Of a stretch of DNA of 64,000 nt, positions 1-9,487 are shown in pieces. The stretch's first letter is position 1, and every line of letters starts with the position of its first letter. The stretch comes from an uncultured Planctomycetota bacterium (GTDB lineage Bacteria > Planctomycetota > Planctomycetia > Gemmatales > Gemmataceae): the NCBI GenBank assembly GCA_963849325.1, contig CAWKHF010000006.1, forward strand, positions 64,001 to 128,000. Direction: 5' to 3'. The position numbers and the translations under genes were made by a program. The notes under the pieces were generated by a model. The model made no database searches. It had not been told where the DNA came from and saw only the letters and a program-made list of their open reading frames with translations.

Positions 1-241
1 GGCCAACGGCCACATCCTCATCACCCAGCCGGATCGCAACAAGGTGGCGGAGTACGACCGCCAAGGGAAATTGATCGTGGAAGTGGATGCGCCGATGGCG
101 ACGACGGCGACGGGCCTGCCCAACGGCCACTTCCTGGTGGCCAGTCACCAGGGCCAGCGCGCCTTCGAGGTGGACCGCGCCGGCAAGGTCGTCTGGGAGT
201 ACAAGGGGGGCGGCAACATTTTCCGGGCGCGGCGGCGCTGA
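1..241 (+). CDS. C-terminal fragment of a beta-propeller repeat protein (PQQ/NHL-like); gene starts before the window
   Basis: Repeated blade motifs 'NGHILI', 'EYDRQGKLI', 'LPNGHFLVA', 'EVDRAGKVVWEY'; stop at 241. Confidence 0.6.
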   Translation, partial: ANGHILITQPDRNKVAEYDRQGKLIVEVDAPMATTATGLPNGHFLVASHQGQRAFEVDRAGKVVWEYKGGGNIFRARRR

Positions 242-732
242 ACGCCGAGCCGCGAGGCGGCTTCCGCGTCACCGACCCACCCTCGAACCGCCACCACCAT
301 CCGCGCCATCCGGAAGACAGGATCGCTCTCCGGATTGAAGATACAAAAAAGACCTGTTAAATCGAATAGAAATGCGCGAAATCAGGAGGGCGGAGATGGG
401 AGGGTGGACTCCGCCACCTTGCAGGAGGAAGTCTCACGCCCCCCTGACGACTCGCGCATGGATAGGGACCTGTGGGCAGGGCCGTCGTGGTCCTCTGCCG
501 GAATAGAGACAGCGACGACCGTCCGGCATCCCACTTTTTTCCGGCGGCGATTTCGCGGGGAATGTTCTTGATGGGGGGAATAGACAGCCCGGAAGGGCTG
601 GGCTAACGAGACAAAGCCAACGCTCCCGCAAGCCACGCACGCGCCTCTCGCAAAAAGCGCGAAACTCCATCGAGGTGGCTGAGGCTTCCGCTTGCTACAA
701 TGCCAATGGCGCCTTACGCGGAGGAGCCGGAC

Positions 733-1479
733 ATGCCGTTGCTGGACCACTTTAACCCGCCGCTGAACCGCACGCATCCCTGGCGCAGCTTCCACGGCGC
801 CTGGGCCGCGGCCATGGCCCGTCTGCTCAACCAGGGCATTTTGCCTCCCGGCTATTACGCCGTCCCCCTTGCCGATCGGGTAGGTGCCATCGAGATCGAT
901 GTGGCCACCTTGCGCGAGCACGAGATGCCGCAAGCCGCAAGCGGGACCGCATCGCCTCAGACGTGGGCGCCGCCGGCCCCTGGCCTGGCGGTCGCCGTCG
1001 AGATACCCGCGGTCGATGCGGTCGAGGTCCAGGTGTTTGCCGACGAGGATGACCCGCTCCTGATGGCCGCCATTGAGTTACTCAGCCCGCGCAACAAGGA
1101 CCGCCCCCAGGCCCGGCAAGCCTTCGCCGTCAAGTGCGTCGGCTACTTGCAGCAGGGCAGCAGTGTCGTGGTCGTGGATACCGTGACCACGCGGCGGGCG
1201 GATTGCAACGCCGTCATCCTGTCTCTCCTCGGAGTCGATGCCGGCACGGCAATGCCGGCGGGCCTCTCCGCCGTGTCCTACCGGGCCATCGGCCGCGAAG
1301 AGGAAACGCAACAACTCGAGCTCTGGCCCGCGCCGCTCGCCCTGGGACAGACCCTGCCGACCCTTCCCCTGTGGATCGCCGCCGATTTCTCCGTGCCCCT
1401 CGACCTGGACGCCAGCTACCAGACGGCGTGCCAGGATCTTCGCATCAATCCAACTACGCTTCGGCCCTTTCCCAACTAG
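733..1479 (+). CDS. DUF4058-family protein (planctomycete restriction-endonuclease-like fold)
   Basis: Starts 'MPLLDHF..P....W.SFH..WA'; contains 'AIELLSPRNK' and 'LPTLPLWI'; GAGGAG RBS before ATG 733. Confidence 0.75.
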   Translation: MPLLDHFNPPLNRTHPWRSFHGAWAAAMARLLNQGILPPGYYAVPLADRVGAIEIDVATLREHEMPQAASGTASPQTWAPPAPGLAVAVEIPAVDAVEVQVFADEDDPLLMAAIELLSPRNKDRPQARQAFAVKCVGYLQQGSSVVVVDTVTTRRADCNAVILSLLGVDAGTAMPAGLSAVSYRAIGREEETQQLELWPAPLALGQTLPTLPLWIAADFSVPLDLDASYQTACQDLRINPTTLRPFPN

Positions 1480-1529
1480 CCCCGAGCGCAAGCGACGGGT
1501 AGGAAAACCCGTCGCTTGCGCTCGGGGCT
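1478..1529. repeat. Palindromic REP-like element between convergent genes (possible bidirectional terminator)
   Basis: agccccgagcgcaagcgacgggt-N-acccgtcgcttgcgctcggggct inverted repeat. Confidence 0.8.
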
Positions 1530-1546
1530 GGTCGGGAAACCGATTC

Positions 1547-2983
1547 TCAGCGCCGGCGATTCTTGTGCGTCTTCTTCGGCCGCGGCGTGGCCTCTTCTCG
1601 ACCGAGAAGGATGCCCTGTTCCTGTAGTTTGCGGCGGTCGGCATCGCCGAGGGCGGCGCGGGCGAACGCCACGGTCGTCTCGTTGAGCTTTTCCGCTTGC
1701 CGGCCGAGGGCGGCGAGGACGCGGTCAGCGGCAGTCGCATCGGGACAGCGCAGCACCGTGGCCGGCTCGACCGACACCGTGCGCACCCAGCCAGCCCACT
1801 CGCGCACTTCATGAGCCACGTTGCCCGGCAGCGGCGTGCTGCTGTGGCGCTGCAAGCGGTCGAGCATCTCCGCGCCGCTCAGGCCGGCCGTGACCGCCTT
1901 CACGACCGAGGCGCGGGTGATGCGCAGCGTCACGGCGCCGCCGCCGCTGCGCTCCTTGATGCGCTCGCAGAACGGGGCCAGCTCGGCGAGCGGTGCCAGG
2001 TCCATGCCGATGACGACGACGCTGAAATCCGGCTGCACGACGACGCGCGTGGCGACAGCGGGAGACGGCGGCGTTTCCTCGGCCGAGGGTTGCCGGCCGA
2101 AATACGTGTCCAGCCGCGGCCGCCGCGCGATCAGCAGCTCGCCGTCGGCGCCGCAGCCGGCTTGCAGACAGCCCAGCGACACCAGGCGATTGCTCACCAG
2201 CTGGCCCAGCAGGTGGCGGGCCGCCTCGTGCAGCTGTTCCTCCAGGGGAGCCAGCAAGCGGCCGGACAGGCGCACCTGCACTTCCTCCGGCTTGCGTCCC
2301 AGCAACAGCGGATTGTGCGGGCCGAAAGCGGCGTGAGCGATGAAGTCATCCAGCCGGAAAAAGATACCGACCGGCAGTTCGCGGAAGGCGGCGAACAGCG
2401 CCTCGCGCAGGGGCTGTCGCTGTCCGGGCGTCAGCGGAGAAGGACGATCGCTGCCGTGCCCGGCCCTCACGGGCAAGGCAACGATCGAGGCACCCAGGAA
2501 GAGGCCGTCATCGTAGTAGTGGCTCCAGTAGGGGAGCAATTCGTCCGGCCGCTCCACGTCGCGCAGCGATTCGTACAGGAAGGCGTATTGCTCCTCGATC
2601 CGCCGCGCCAGCCAGCGCCGTCCGGTCGCGCTCAGGTCGAGCCAGCGATGATCGCCCTCTTTCTTCTCCGTTGTTAGTTGCAACCGTTTGGCCCAGTGCA
2701 GGGCGATCTCCAGGCGACGCTCCGGCGTCAGGTTGTACGTGTCCGTCAGCCAGCCGGGCAGCGGCTCCAGGACGGACGTGAATCGCTCCGTCTCTTTCTG
2801 GAACAGGCTGCGGTCCTGGCGCAGACGGGCGCGGCCGCCGGCCAACTCCAGCAGGACGGCGCGGAGGTCGGGGACATCGGTGCCGCCCTCCGGTCCCGGC
2901 TCCAGCGGCGGCGCACACGACTCCAGAGGCGGACGCTGGACGGGACGGCCGGCCTGTTCGCGGCCCCACCAGTTGTACAGCAT
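1547..2983 (-). CDS. Helicase-associated (XPB-NTD/Helicase_C_3-like) domain protein with no ATPase motifs
   Basis: 'VVVQPDFSVVV...LAPFCE...LRITRASVVKAVTAGLSGAEMLDRLQRHSSTPLPGNVAHEVREW' aligns by eye with the XPB N-terminus in this window; start codon uncertain. Confidence 0.7.
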   Translation of the reverse strand: MLYNWWGREQAGRPVQRPPLESCAPPLEPGPEGGTDVPDLRAVLLELAGGRARLRQDRSLFQKETERFTSVLEPLPGWLTDTYNLTPERRLEIALHWAKRLQLTTEKKEGDHRWLDLSATGRRWLARRIEEQYAFLYESLRDVERPDELLPYWSHYYDDGLFLGASIVALPVRAGHGSDRPSPLTPGQRQPLREALFAAFRELPVGIFFRLDDFIAHAAFGPHNPLLLGRKPEEVQVRLSGRLLAPLEEQLHEAARHLLGQLVSNRLVSLGCLQAGCGADGELLIARRPRLDTYFGRQPSAEETPPSPAVATRVVVQPDFSVVVIGMDLAPLAELAPFCERIKERSGGGAVTLRITRASVVKAVTAGLSGAEMLDRLQRHSSTPLPGNVAHEVREWAGWVRTVSVEPATVLRCPDATAADRVLAALGRQAEKLNETTVAFARAALGDADRRKLQEQGILLGREEATPRPKKTHKNRRR

Positions 2984-3006
2984 CGTCCGATCCTCCCGCG
3001 CCGGTT

Positions 3007-3116
3007 AAAGAGCCTCACGCCAAGGCGCAAAGGACGCAAAGAAAGACCGGAATAATACAGAGAGGGACTTCTTTTCTTTCTCTTGGCGCTCTTTGCGCCT
3101 TTGCGTGAGGCTCTTT
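3007..3116. repeat. Imperfect inverted repeat in the divergent intergenic region
   Basis: aaagagcctcacgccaaggcgcaaag ... ctttgcgcctttgcgtgaggctcttt. Confidence 0.7.
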
Positions 3117-3185
3117 TTATTGTAGCTATCACGGAAGGGAATCGACCGAGAGTATCGGGAGCCGCACGCGGCGCAGAGGTCTCTC

Positions 3186-3815
3186 ATGCACCATCCCATC
3201 CGGTTGGCCGTATTGCTCAGCGGCGGCGGCACGACGCTGCAAAACTTGCTCGACCGCATCGCCGCCGGCGCCTTGGCGGCGGAAATCGCCGTCGTCGTCT
3301 CCAGCAAGGCCGACGCCCTCGGTCTGGACCGTGCTCGATCAGCCGGCGTACACGCCGTCGCGGTCGAGCGCAAATCCTGCGCCTCGCGCGAGGAGTTCAG
3401 CGCCCGCATCTTCGCCCACTGCCGGCAAGCCGACGTCGATCTCGTCTGCCTGGCTGGCTTCCTCCAGCTCCTGCCCATCCCCGACGATTTCCACAACCGC
3501 GTCCTGAACATCCATCCGGCGCTGATCCCGGCCTTTTGCGGCAAGGGTTTCCACGGCGCGGCGGTCCATCGTGCCGCCCTGGAGATGGGCGTCAAGGTCT
3601 CCGGCTGCACGGTCCATTTCGCCGATAACGAGTACGACCACGGCCCCATCGTCTCGCAGCGCGTGGTGCCGGTCCTCGACGACGACACGCCCGAGAGCCT
3701 GGCGGCGCGCGTCTTCGCCCAGGAGTGCGAGGCGTACCCCGAAGCGATCCAATGGTTTGCGCAGGGACGCTTGCGCGTCGAGGGACGGCGAGTCTTCGTC
3801 AGTTCTGAGTTCTGA
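3186..3815 (+). CDS. purN: Phosphoribosylglycinamide formyltransferase
   Basis: 'LAVLLSGGGTTLQ', 'LAGFLQLL', 'NIHPALIPAF', 'SGCTVHF', 'DHGPI'. Confidence 0.95.
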   Translation: MHHPIRLAVLLSGGGTTLQNLLDRIAAGALAAEIAVVVSSKADALGLDRARSAGVHAVAVERKSCASREEFSARIFAHCRQADVDLVCLAGFLQLLPIPDDFHNRVLNIHPALIPAFCGKGFHGAAVHRAALEMGVKVSGCTVHFADNEYDHGPIVSQRVVPVLDDDTPESLAARVFAQECEAYPEAIQWFAQGRLRVEGRRVFVSSEF

Positions 3816-3884
3816 GTTCTGAGTTCTGAGTGAAAGAAGAAGTCTTGTTTTTCACTCAGAACTCAGAACTCAGAACTCAGAACT
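3801..3884. repeat. Inverted array of heptamer tandem repeats (AGTTCTG)x4 / (CAGAACT)x4
   Basis: Directly visible; overlaps the purN stop codon. Confidence 0.9.
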
Positions 3885-3971
3885 TTTGGCGAAGAACTCA
3901 GAACTGATTTTTGTGAACTACACTTGCGGCAGGCAGAGTCGCCATTCCCCGCGATCCCGGGAAGATACTCC

Positions 3972-5438
3972 ATGCTCGGCCGTGTGTTCATGGGACGGTA
4001 TGAGACCATCCGCCTGCTCGGCGAAGGCGGGATGGGCCGGGTTTACCTGGCTCGTCAGCTCGACCTGGGACGGCAGGTGGTGGTCAAGGTCATGCACGAC
4101 CACATCGCCGCCGACCCCAAGTTCCGCGAGCGCTTCACGCGCGAAACGCTGCTGATGGCCCGCTTCCAGCACCCCTACGCCGTCACGCTTTACGATGCCT
4201 CGCTGAACGACCCGCAAGGCCCGTGCATCGTCATGGAGTACATTCGCGGCGTCACCCTCGACCAGCTACTGCAAAGCAACGGCCGGCTCACGCCGGCTCG
4301 CGTCGGCCGGCTGCTGTACCAGCTGTGCGAGGTGCTGCAAGCCGCTCATGGCCTGGGCATCATCCACCGCGACCTGAAGCCGGCCAACCTGATGATCGTC
4401 GATCCGGACACGCCCTACGAGATGCTCAAGGTCATGGACTTCGGCCTGGCCAAGATGCTGACGCCGGACCAGTTCGCCAAGATCACGCAGACGCACACCG
4501 AGTTCGCCGTCGGCACGCCCGGCTACATGTGTCCCGAGCAGGCGCGCGGCGACGAGATGGACGGCCGCGGCGATTTGTACAGCGTCGGCGTCATCCTCTA
4601 CGAGCTGCTGACCGGCCGGCTGCCGTTCGCCGGCTGTTCGACGATGGACCTGCTGTTGGCCCACGTGACCGAGGAGCCGCCGCCGTTTTCGTTCTCGGCC
4701 GCCGACGTCGAGGTGTCACCCGGCATCGAGGACGTGGTGCGGATGTGCCTGTCCAAAAGCGCGGAGGATCGACCGCGCTGCGCCCGTGAACTGGCCGAGC
4801 GTTTCGAGCAGGCCCTGACCTGCGAGAGGACCGCCGCCGTCCCGCCGCCCGCCGTGGCCCCCTCGGCGCGGTTGCGGTCGGCGACCGGCGCTCCGCCGGT
4901 CGCCGACCGGACCAGTGTCTCGCCGATCCATCCGAAGACCGAACCTCGGCCGGCCCATCTGGACCGCACGGTCCAGGTGCCGGTCCCATCTCCGCCGCCC
5001 GTCGAGGAGGCGGCCGACGACCGCGAGCCACAGGATCCGTTCGCCGTCGTCCACCGTCTGGAAGCGTGGATGCCCGAGAGCATCGCCACCTACAAGCTGC
5101 GCGGCTTCATCCACGATGTCGGCGGCGAGATGATCGAGAGTGTGCCCGGCCGCATCCATGTCCGCGTCGGCGGCAAGGGCAGCAGCTACGCGGCGCCGCG
5201 CCAGGGTCTGTCCTGGCTGGGCCTGGGTCGCCGCGGCGGCCCGATCGACATGGAGCTGTACCTCGACCACGCCGACGCCGACCGCCAAAATCAACTCCGC
5301 ATCACCGTCATCTTCCGCTCGTCCGGCACCGATCTCAACGCCAGCCCCGCCTGGCGCAACGTCTGCACGCACATCTTCTGCGACCTGCGCGGCTATCTCA
5401 TGGGACAGACCGGCACCGTCCACACCGTCGCCGAGTGA
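3972..5438 (+). CDS. Hanks-type Ser/Thr protein kinase with Pro-rich linker and C-terminal domain
   Basis: 'LGEGGMGRVY', 'VVVK', 'HRDLKPAN', 'DFG', 'GTPGYMCPEQ'. Confidence 0.92.
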   Translation: MLGRVFMGRYETIRLLGEGGMGRVYLARQLDLGRQVVVKVMHDHIAADPKFRERFTRETLLMARFQHPYAVTLYDASLNDPQGPCIVMEYIRGVTLDQLLQSNGRLTPARVGRLLYQLCEVLQAAHGLGIIHRDLKPANLMIVDPDTPYEMLKVMDFGLAKMLTPDQFAKITQTHTEFAVGTPGYMCPEQARGDEMDGRGDLYSVGVILYELLTGRLPFAGCSTMDLLLAHVTEEPPPFSFSAADVEVSPGIEDVVRMCLSKSAEDRPRCARELAERFEQALTCERTAAVPPPAVAPSARLRSATGAPPVADRTSVSPIHPKTEPRPAHLDRTVQVPVPSPPPVEEAADDREPQDPFAVVHRLEAWMPESIATYKLRGFIHDVGGEMIESVPGRIHVRVGGKGSSYAAPRQGLSWLGLGRRGGPIDMELYLDHADADRQNQLRITVIFRSSGTDLNASPAWRNVCTHIFCDLRGYLMGQTGTVHTVAE

Positions 5439-5444
5439 TTTCTG

Positions 5445-5509
5445 GGCGAACGGCCGGCGTCAGCCGGCTGGTTTGGCCCGCACCAGCCGGCTGACGCCGG
5501 CCGTTCGCC
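5445..5509. repeat. Palindromic REP-like element (family E)
   Basis: ggcgaacggccggcgtcagccggctgg ... ccagccggctgacgccggccgttcgcc; related copy at 14368-14407. Confidence 0.85.
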
Positions 5510-5510
5510 A

Positions 5511-5559
5511 TCCCAAACGACAGAGGGGAGCCGGATTGGCTCCCCTCTGTCGTTTGGGA
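5511..5559. terminator. Long perfect hairpin between convergent genes, probable bidirectional terminator or repeat
   Basis: tcccaaacgacagaggggagcc-ggatt-ggctcccctctgtcgtttggga. Confidence 0.6.
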
Positions 5560-5579
5560 AATGGCGAGTCGTGCCCGCG

Positions 5580-6341
5580 TTAGCGGCTGGCGACGCCGGC
5601 CAGGCTGTCGGCGTCGAGCGTGACGCGCGTCTCATCGCCGGCCCGCACCGCGACTTCCTTGCTGACCGTCACCGGCTTGCCGTCCTGGACGAACTGCGCC
5701 GTCACGGTGTAGTGGAACTCACGGCCGGCCTCCAGGGCGGGAGAGACGAACACGCGCTGCGTCGAGGTCGAGGTGGTGACCTCGCCGTCGATGGTCAGAC
5801 GCGCAGTCGGCCGGCACGCTGACGACCAGGGTCGCCGAGGCGGCGTTGTCCAGGCTCGTCTTCTTGGGCGTCGGGTTCGGAGTGGGATTGGGGGTCGGGT
5901 TGACCGGGGTGCCGGTGCCCATCGGGGCGCCGATGCCGACGCCGCCTACGCGCAGCCGTAGCCATAGCCGCCACCGTAGCAGCCGCCGTAGTAGGCGCCG
6001 CCGTAGCAACCGCAGCAGCTATAGCCGCCGTAGCAGCCACAGCAACCGCCGCGATTGCGACTGTGATGCTTGCCGCCGCCGGAGCAACCCATGCAGCTGG
6101 AGCCGTAGCAGCCGCCGTAGCAGCCCATGCAGCTGGAGCCGCGACTGTGGTGCTTGCCGCCGCCCATGCAGCTGGAGCCGTAGCAGCCGCCGTAGCAGCC
6201 CATGCAGCTGGAGCCGCCGTGGTGCTTGCCGCCGCCGTTGCAGCTGTAGCCCGAGCAGCCACCGTTGCAGCCGCCGCCGAACATACCGGCCGGCATGTCC
6301 GCGCCGCCCGTCATCGCCATCAACAACACAACACTGTACAT
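5580..6341 (-). CDS. TIGR03000-domain planctomycete protein with Gly/Cys/Tyr-rich N-terminal repeats (two apparent frameshifts, ~5950 and ~5805)
   Basis: 'MYSVVLLMAMTGGADMP' leader and GSSCMGCYGGCY repeats; then 'ATLVVSVPAD' joined across frames to 'LTIDGEVTTSTSTQRVFVSPALEAGREFHYTVTAQFVQDGK..VAVRAG'; stop TAA at 5580. Confidence 0.8.
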
Positions 6342-6743
6342 CGTGCAACGCCTCCCAGTACTGAAAGGAACTCAATCGACCTCGTTACGCGTAAGCCCTC
6401 ACATGGGCTTGGAACCCTCGATAACGCGCGGCACGGAACGCACCTTCCACGGGCGCAGGACGGTGCCGCCTGCGATTTGCCTCTCCCCTCCTCCGGTTCC
6501 GTGGTAGGTAAACGGGAGAAGATGCGTAAACCTGATAATATGGTAAATCTGGAACGAATAGCGGTCAATGAGGATCGAGCCAATCCGAGCGTCGATCCTC
6601 CTTTCCGGTTCCGGTTGCGCCGACTGTGCGGGCTTCAACGGCGCTTCCATCCGAGAGAGAGCCTTCCCGACCGAATTTCCCTCGCGTACAATCAAGGCCG
6701 CTCCAGCCAACCGGCGTCTCTTCTTCCGAATCGAGGTCCTGTC

Positions 6744-8306
6744 ATGACGAGTCTGTATCCGATGCTTCTGTGCCTGCTGCTGCCCGGAGAGCCGGGCATC
6801 GAGGCCGATGTCGTTATCCGCGGCGCCACGCTGTACGACGGCAGCGGCGCGGCCGGCGTCGTTGGCGACCTGGCCGTGCGCGGCGAGCGCATCGTCGCGG
6901 TCGGCCGCTTCACCGTCGCCGGCCAGCCGCGCATCCTCGACGCTAAGGGCTTGGTGATCGCGCCTGGCTTCATCGATCTGCACACGCACAGCGATTACCC
7001 GCTGCAAAAAGCGGCCACGCGGGCCAATCGCTGCTATCTGCACCAGGGCGTGACGACGGTTGTCACCGGCAACTGCGGTTCCGGGCCGGTCGATACGGGA
7101 GCGTATTATCGGACTTTGGAGAAAGGCAAAGTAGGCAGTAACGTCCTCCATCAAGTGCCGCACAATGACGTGCGCCGGCAGGTGATGGGCAATGCCAACC
7201 GCAAGCCGACGGCCGAGGAGCTGCGGCGCATGGAAGAACGGGTCGATCAGGCCATGAAGGACGGCGCCTGGGGCCTGTCCACCGGCCTGATCTACAACCC
7301 CGGCACCTATTCCAAGACGGACGAGCTGATCGCGCTGGCGAAGGTAGCGGCGCGGCACGGCGGCTTTTACGCCAGCCACATCCGCAGCGAGGGCACGGAT
7401 GTGCTGACCGCCCTCGACGAGGCGCTGACGATCGGCCGCGAGGCGGGCTTGCCGGTCCACATCTCGCACCTGAAGGCGTCCGGCCGCCGCGCCTGGGGGC
7501 TAGCCGCCGACGAGATTGCCCTGATCGCCAAGGCGCGGCAGGCCGGACAGGCCGTCAGTGCCGACCAGTACCCTTACGTCGCCAGCAGCACGAGCCTGGC
7601 GGCCACGCTGGTCCCGGCCTCCTTCCGCGAGGGGGCGCGCAAGGACTATCTGGCTCGGCTGAACGACCCGGAACAATCGGCCCGGCTGCGCAAGATCATC
7701 GCGGACGGGCTGAAGCGGCGGCGCGGCGGCAAGGACGTCCGCATCGCTCGCTACACGCCGAAGCCGGCCTGGCAGGGCAAGGACCTGGCCGCCATCGCCG
7801 AGATGGAGAAGAAGCCCGCCGCCGACGTCGTCCTGGAGATCGAGCGTCACGGCGGCGCTCAGATCGTCAACTTCGGCATGAGCGAGGAGGACGTGCGTCT
7901 GATCATGCGTCAGCCATTCGTGGCCACGGCCAGCGACGGCGCCTCGATGCTGCCCTCGGCGGACACGGTGCCGCACCCGCGCAGTTACGGCTGTTTCCCG
8001 CGCAAGATCGGCCGCTACGCCCTGGAGGACAAGGTCATCACGCTGGAGCACGCCCTCCGCAGCGCCAGCGGTCTGCCGGCGGACGTGCTGCATCTGCCTG
8101 AGCGCGGCTACCTGAAGACGGGCTATTTCGCCGACGTGGTTGTGTTCGATCCGAAAACGTTCCGCGACCGTGCGACGTTCGACAAGCCGCACCAGTACGC
8201 GACCGGCGTGCGTTACCTGTTCGTCAATGGCAAACTGGCGATTGACGAGGGCCAATTCACCGGCGTCCTGGCGGGTCAGGTGTTGCGGCACCAGAGCAAG
8301 GAATAA
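6744..8306 (+). CDS. N-acyl-D-amino-acid deacylase / D-aminoacylase (amidohydrolase)
   Basis: 'APGFIDLHTHSD', 'QGVTTVVTGNCG', 'GLSTGLIY', 'SHIRSE', 'HPRSYGCFPR', 'ADVVVFDP'. Confidence 0.9.
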   Translation: MTSLYPMLLCLLLPGEPGIEADVVIRGATLYDGSGAAGVVGDLAVRGERIVAVGRFTVAGQPRILDAKGLVIAPGFIDLHTHSDYPLQKAATRANRCYLHQGVTTVVTGNCGSGPVDTGAYYRTLEKGKVGSNVLHQVPHNDVRRQVMGNANRKPTAEELRRMEERVDQAMKDGAWGLSTGLIYNPGTYSKTDELIALAKVAARHGGFYASHIRSEGTDVLTALDEALTIGREAGLPVHISHLKASGRRAWGLAADEIALIAKARQAGQAVSADQYPYVASSTSLAATLVPASFREGARKDYLARLNDPEQSARLRKIIADGLKRRRGGKDVRIARYTPKPAWQGKDLAAIAEMEKKPAADVVLEIERHGGAQIVNFGMSEEDVRLIMRQPFVATASDGASMLPSADTVPHPRSYGCFPRKIGRYALEDKVITLEHALRSASGLPADVLHLPERGYLKTGYFADVVVFDPKTFRDRATFDKPHQYATGVRYLFVNGKLAIDEGQFTGVLAGQVLRHQSKE

Positions 8307-8693
<387 letters not shown>

Positions 8694-8773
8694 CCACGCG
8701 GCTTGGCGATCTTCGCGCCACGATGTAGAATCGTCGCCACGCCGTATTCTTCTAACCTGGTAGGGAGTTATTC

Positions 8774-9145
8774 ATGCGGCCGATCGTTGTGCTTCGTATC
8801 GCTTGTGTCGCGGGGCTTCTGCTGGCGTGCGGCTGTTCGTCCAGCAACAAGGGGAAGATCGAGGGAACGAAATGGACGTCCCTGGCCACGACGGTGAAGG
8901 GCAATGCCCTCCCGGCGGGTGCGCTGAAGCTGGAATTCGGCCAGGACGGCAGCCTGGTTTACAAAGGGGGTCCGCAAACGTACACCGGCACATACTCGTT
9001 GGGGATGGGTCCGACCGTGACCTTGAAGCTCAATCAAGACCTGGCTGGGAGAAAAAATCACGCCGAAAAGATCATCATCAACGGCGATCAATTGACCATG
9101 ACGGATTCCGACGGCACCCAGGTGACCTTTCAAAAGGTGAAATGA
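8774..9145 (+). CDS. Putative lipoprotein
   Basis: Hydrophobic N-terminus with lipobox-like 'LACGC'; 'KIEGTKW' beta-rich body. Confidence 0.65.
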   Translation: MRPIVVLRIACVAGLLLACGCSSSNKGKIEGTKWTSLATTVKGNALPAGALKLEFGQDGSLVYKGGPQTYTGTYSLGMGPTVTLKLNQDLAGRKNHAEKIIINGDQLTMTDSDGTQVTFQKVK

Positions 9146-9164
9146 CCTCGCAAGCGAGCTTCTC

Positions 9165-9218
9165 TCCGAGCCTGAAGCGTAAGCGAAGAGTGCTCTTCGC
9201 TTACGCTTCAGGCTCGGA
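9165..9218. repeat. Palindromic REP-like element (family B)
   Basis: tccgagcctgaagcgtaagcgaagag-tg-ctcttcgcttacgcttcaggctcgga; copies at 27399, 28528 and 41684. Confidence 0.9.
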
Positions 9219-9295
9219 AAAAGCGAAGCGATCATTCGTGACCTATGCTTGCGCGGAGTGTTCGCCCTATCCGGGTCTGCGCGGAGGTTTCGTTC

Positions 9296-9394
9296 ATGCA
9301 CCATTTGCCTTTGCCCGTTCTGTTCGGCGTGGTCGGCGTCCTGCTGGTTGTGGCCATCTACTTCGCCTGGGGCCGCAAGTTCGGCAAGCCGTAG
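9296..9394 (+). CDS. Putative 32-aa single-pass membrane microprotein (not in the ORF track)
   Basis: GGAGG RBS at 9283; MHHLPLPVLFGVVGVLLVVAIYFAWGRKFGKP*; GC-rich third codon positions. Confidence 0.55.
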   Translation: MHHLPLPVLFGVVGVLLVVAIYFAWGRKFGKP

Positions 9395-9487
9395 CTACAA
9401 TGAGGAATGCGGTGAGCAGGGTGCAATTCGACTGACGAATTTGCCTTCCGTTACCCTGCTGCCGTCTCCCTCGCTTGCGGCGGCCTC

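Noticed and set aside
335-700. Small ORFs or structured RNA upstream of DUF4058
   Set aside because: No recognisable protein motif, riboswitch or convincing long helix by eye.
6063-6743. N-terminal extension of the D-aminoacylase ORF
   Set aside because: It is antisense to the Cys-rich gene and spans the intergenic region. ATG 6744 is the plausible start.
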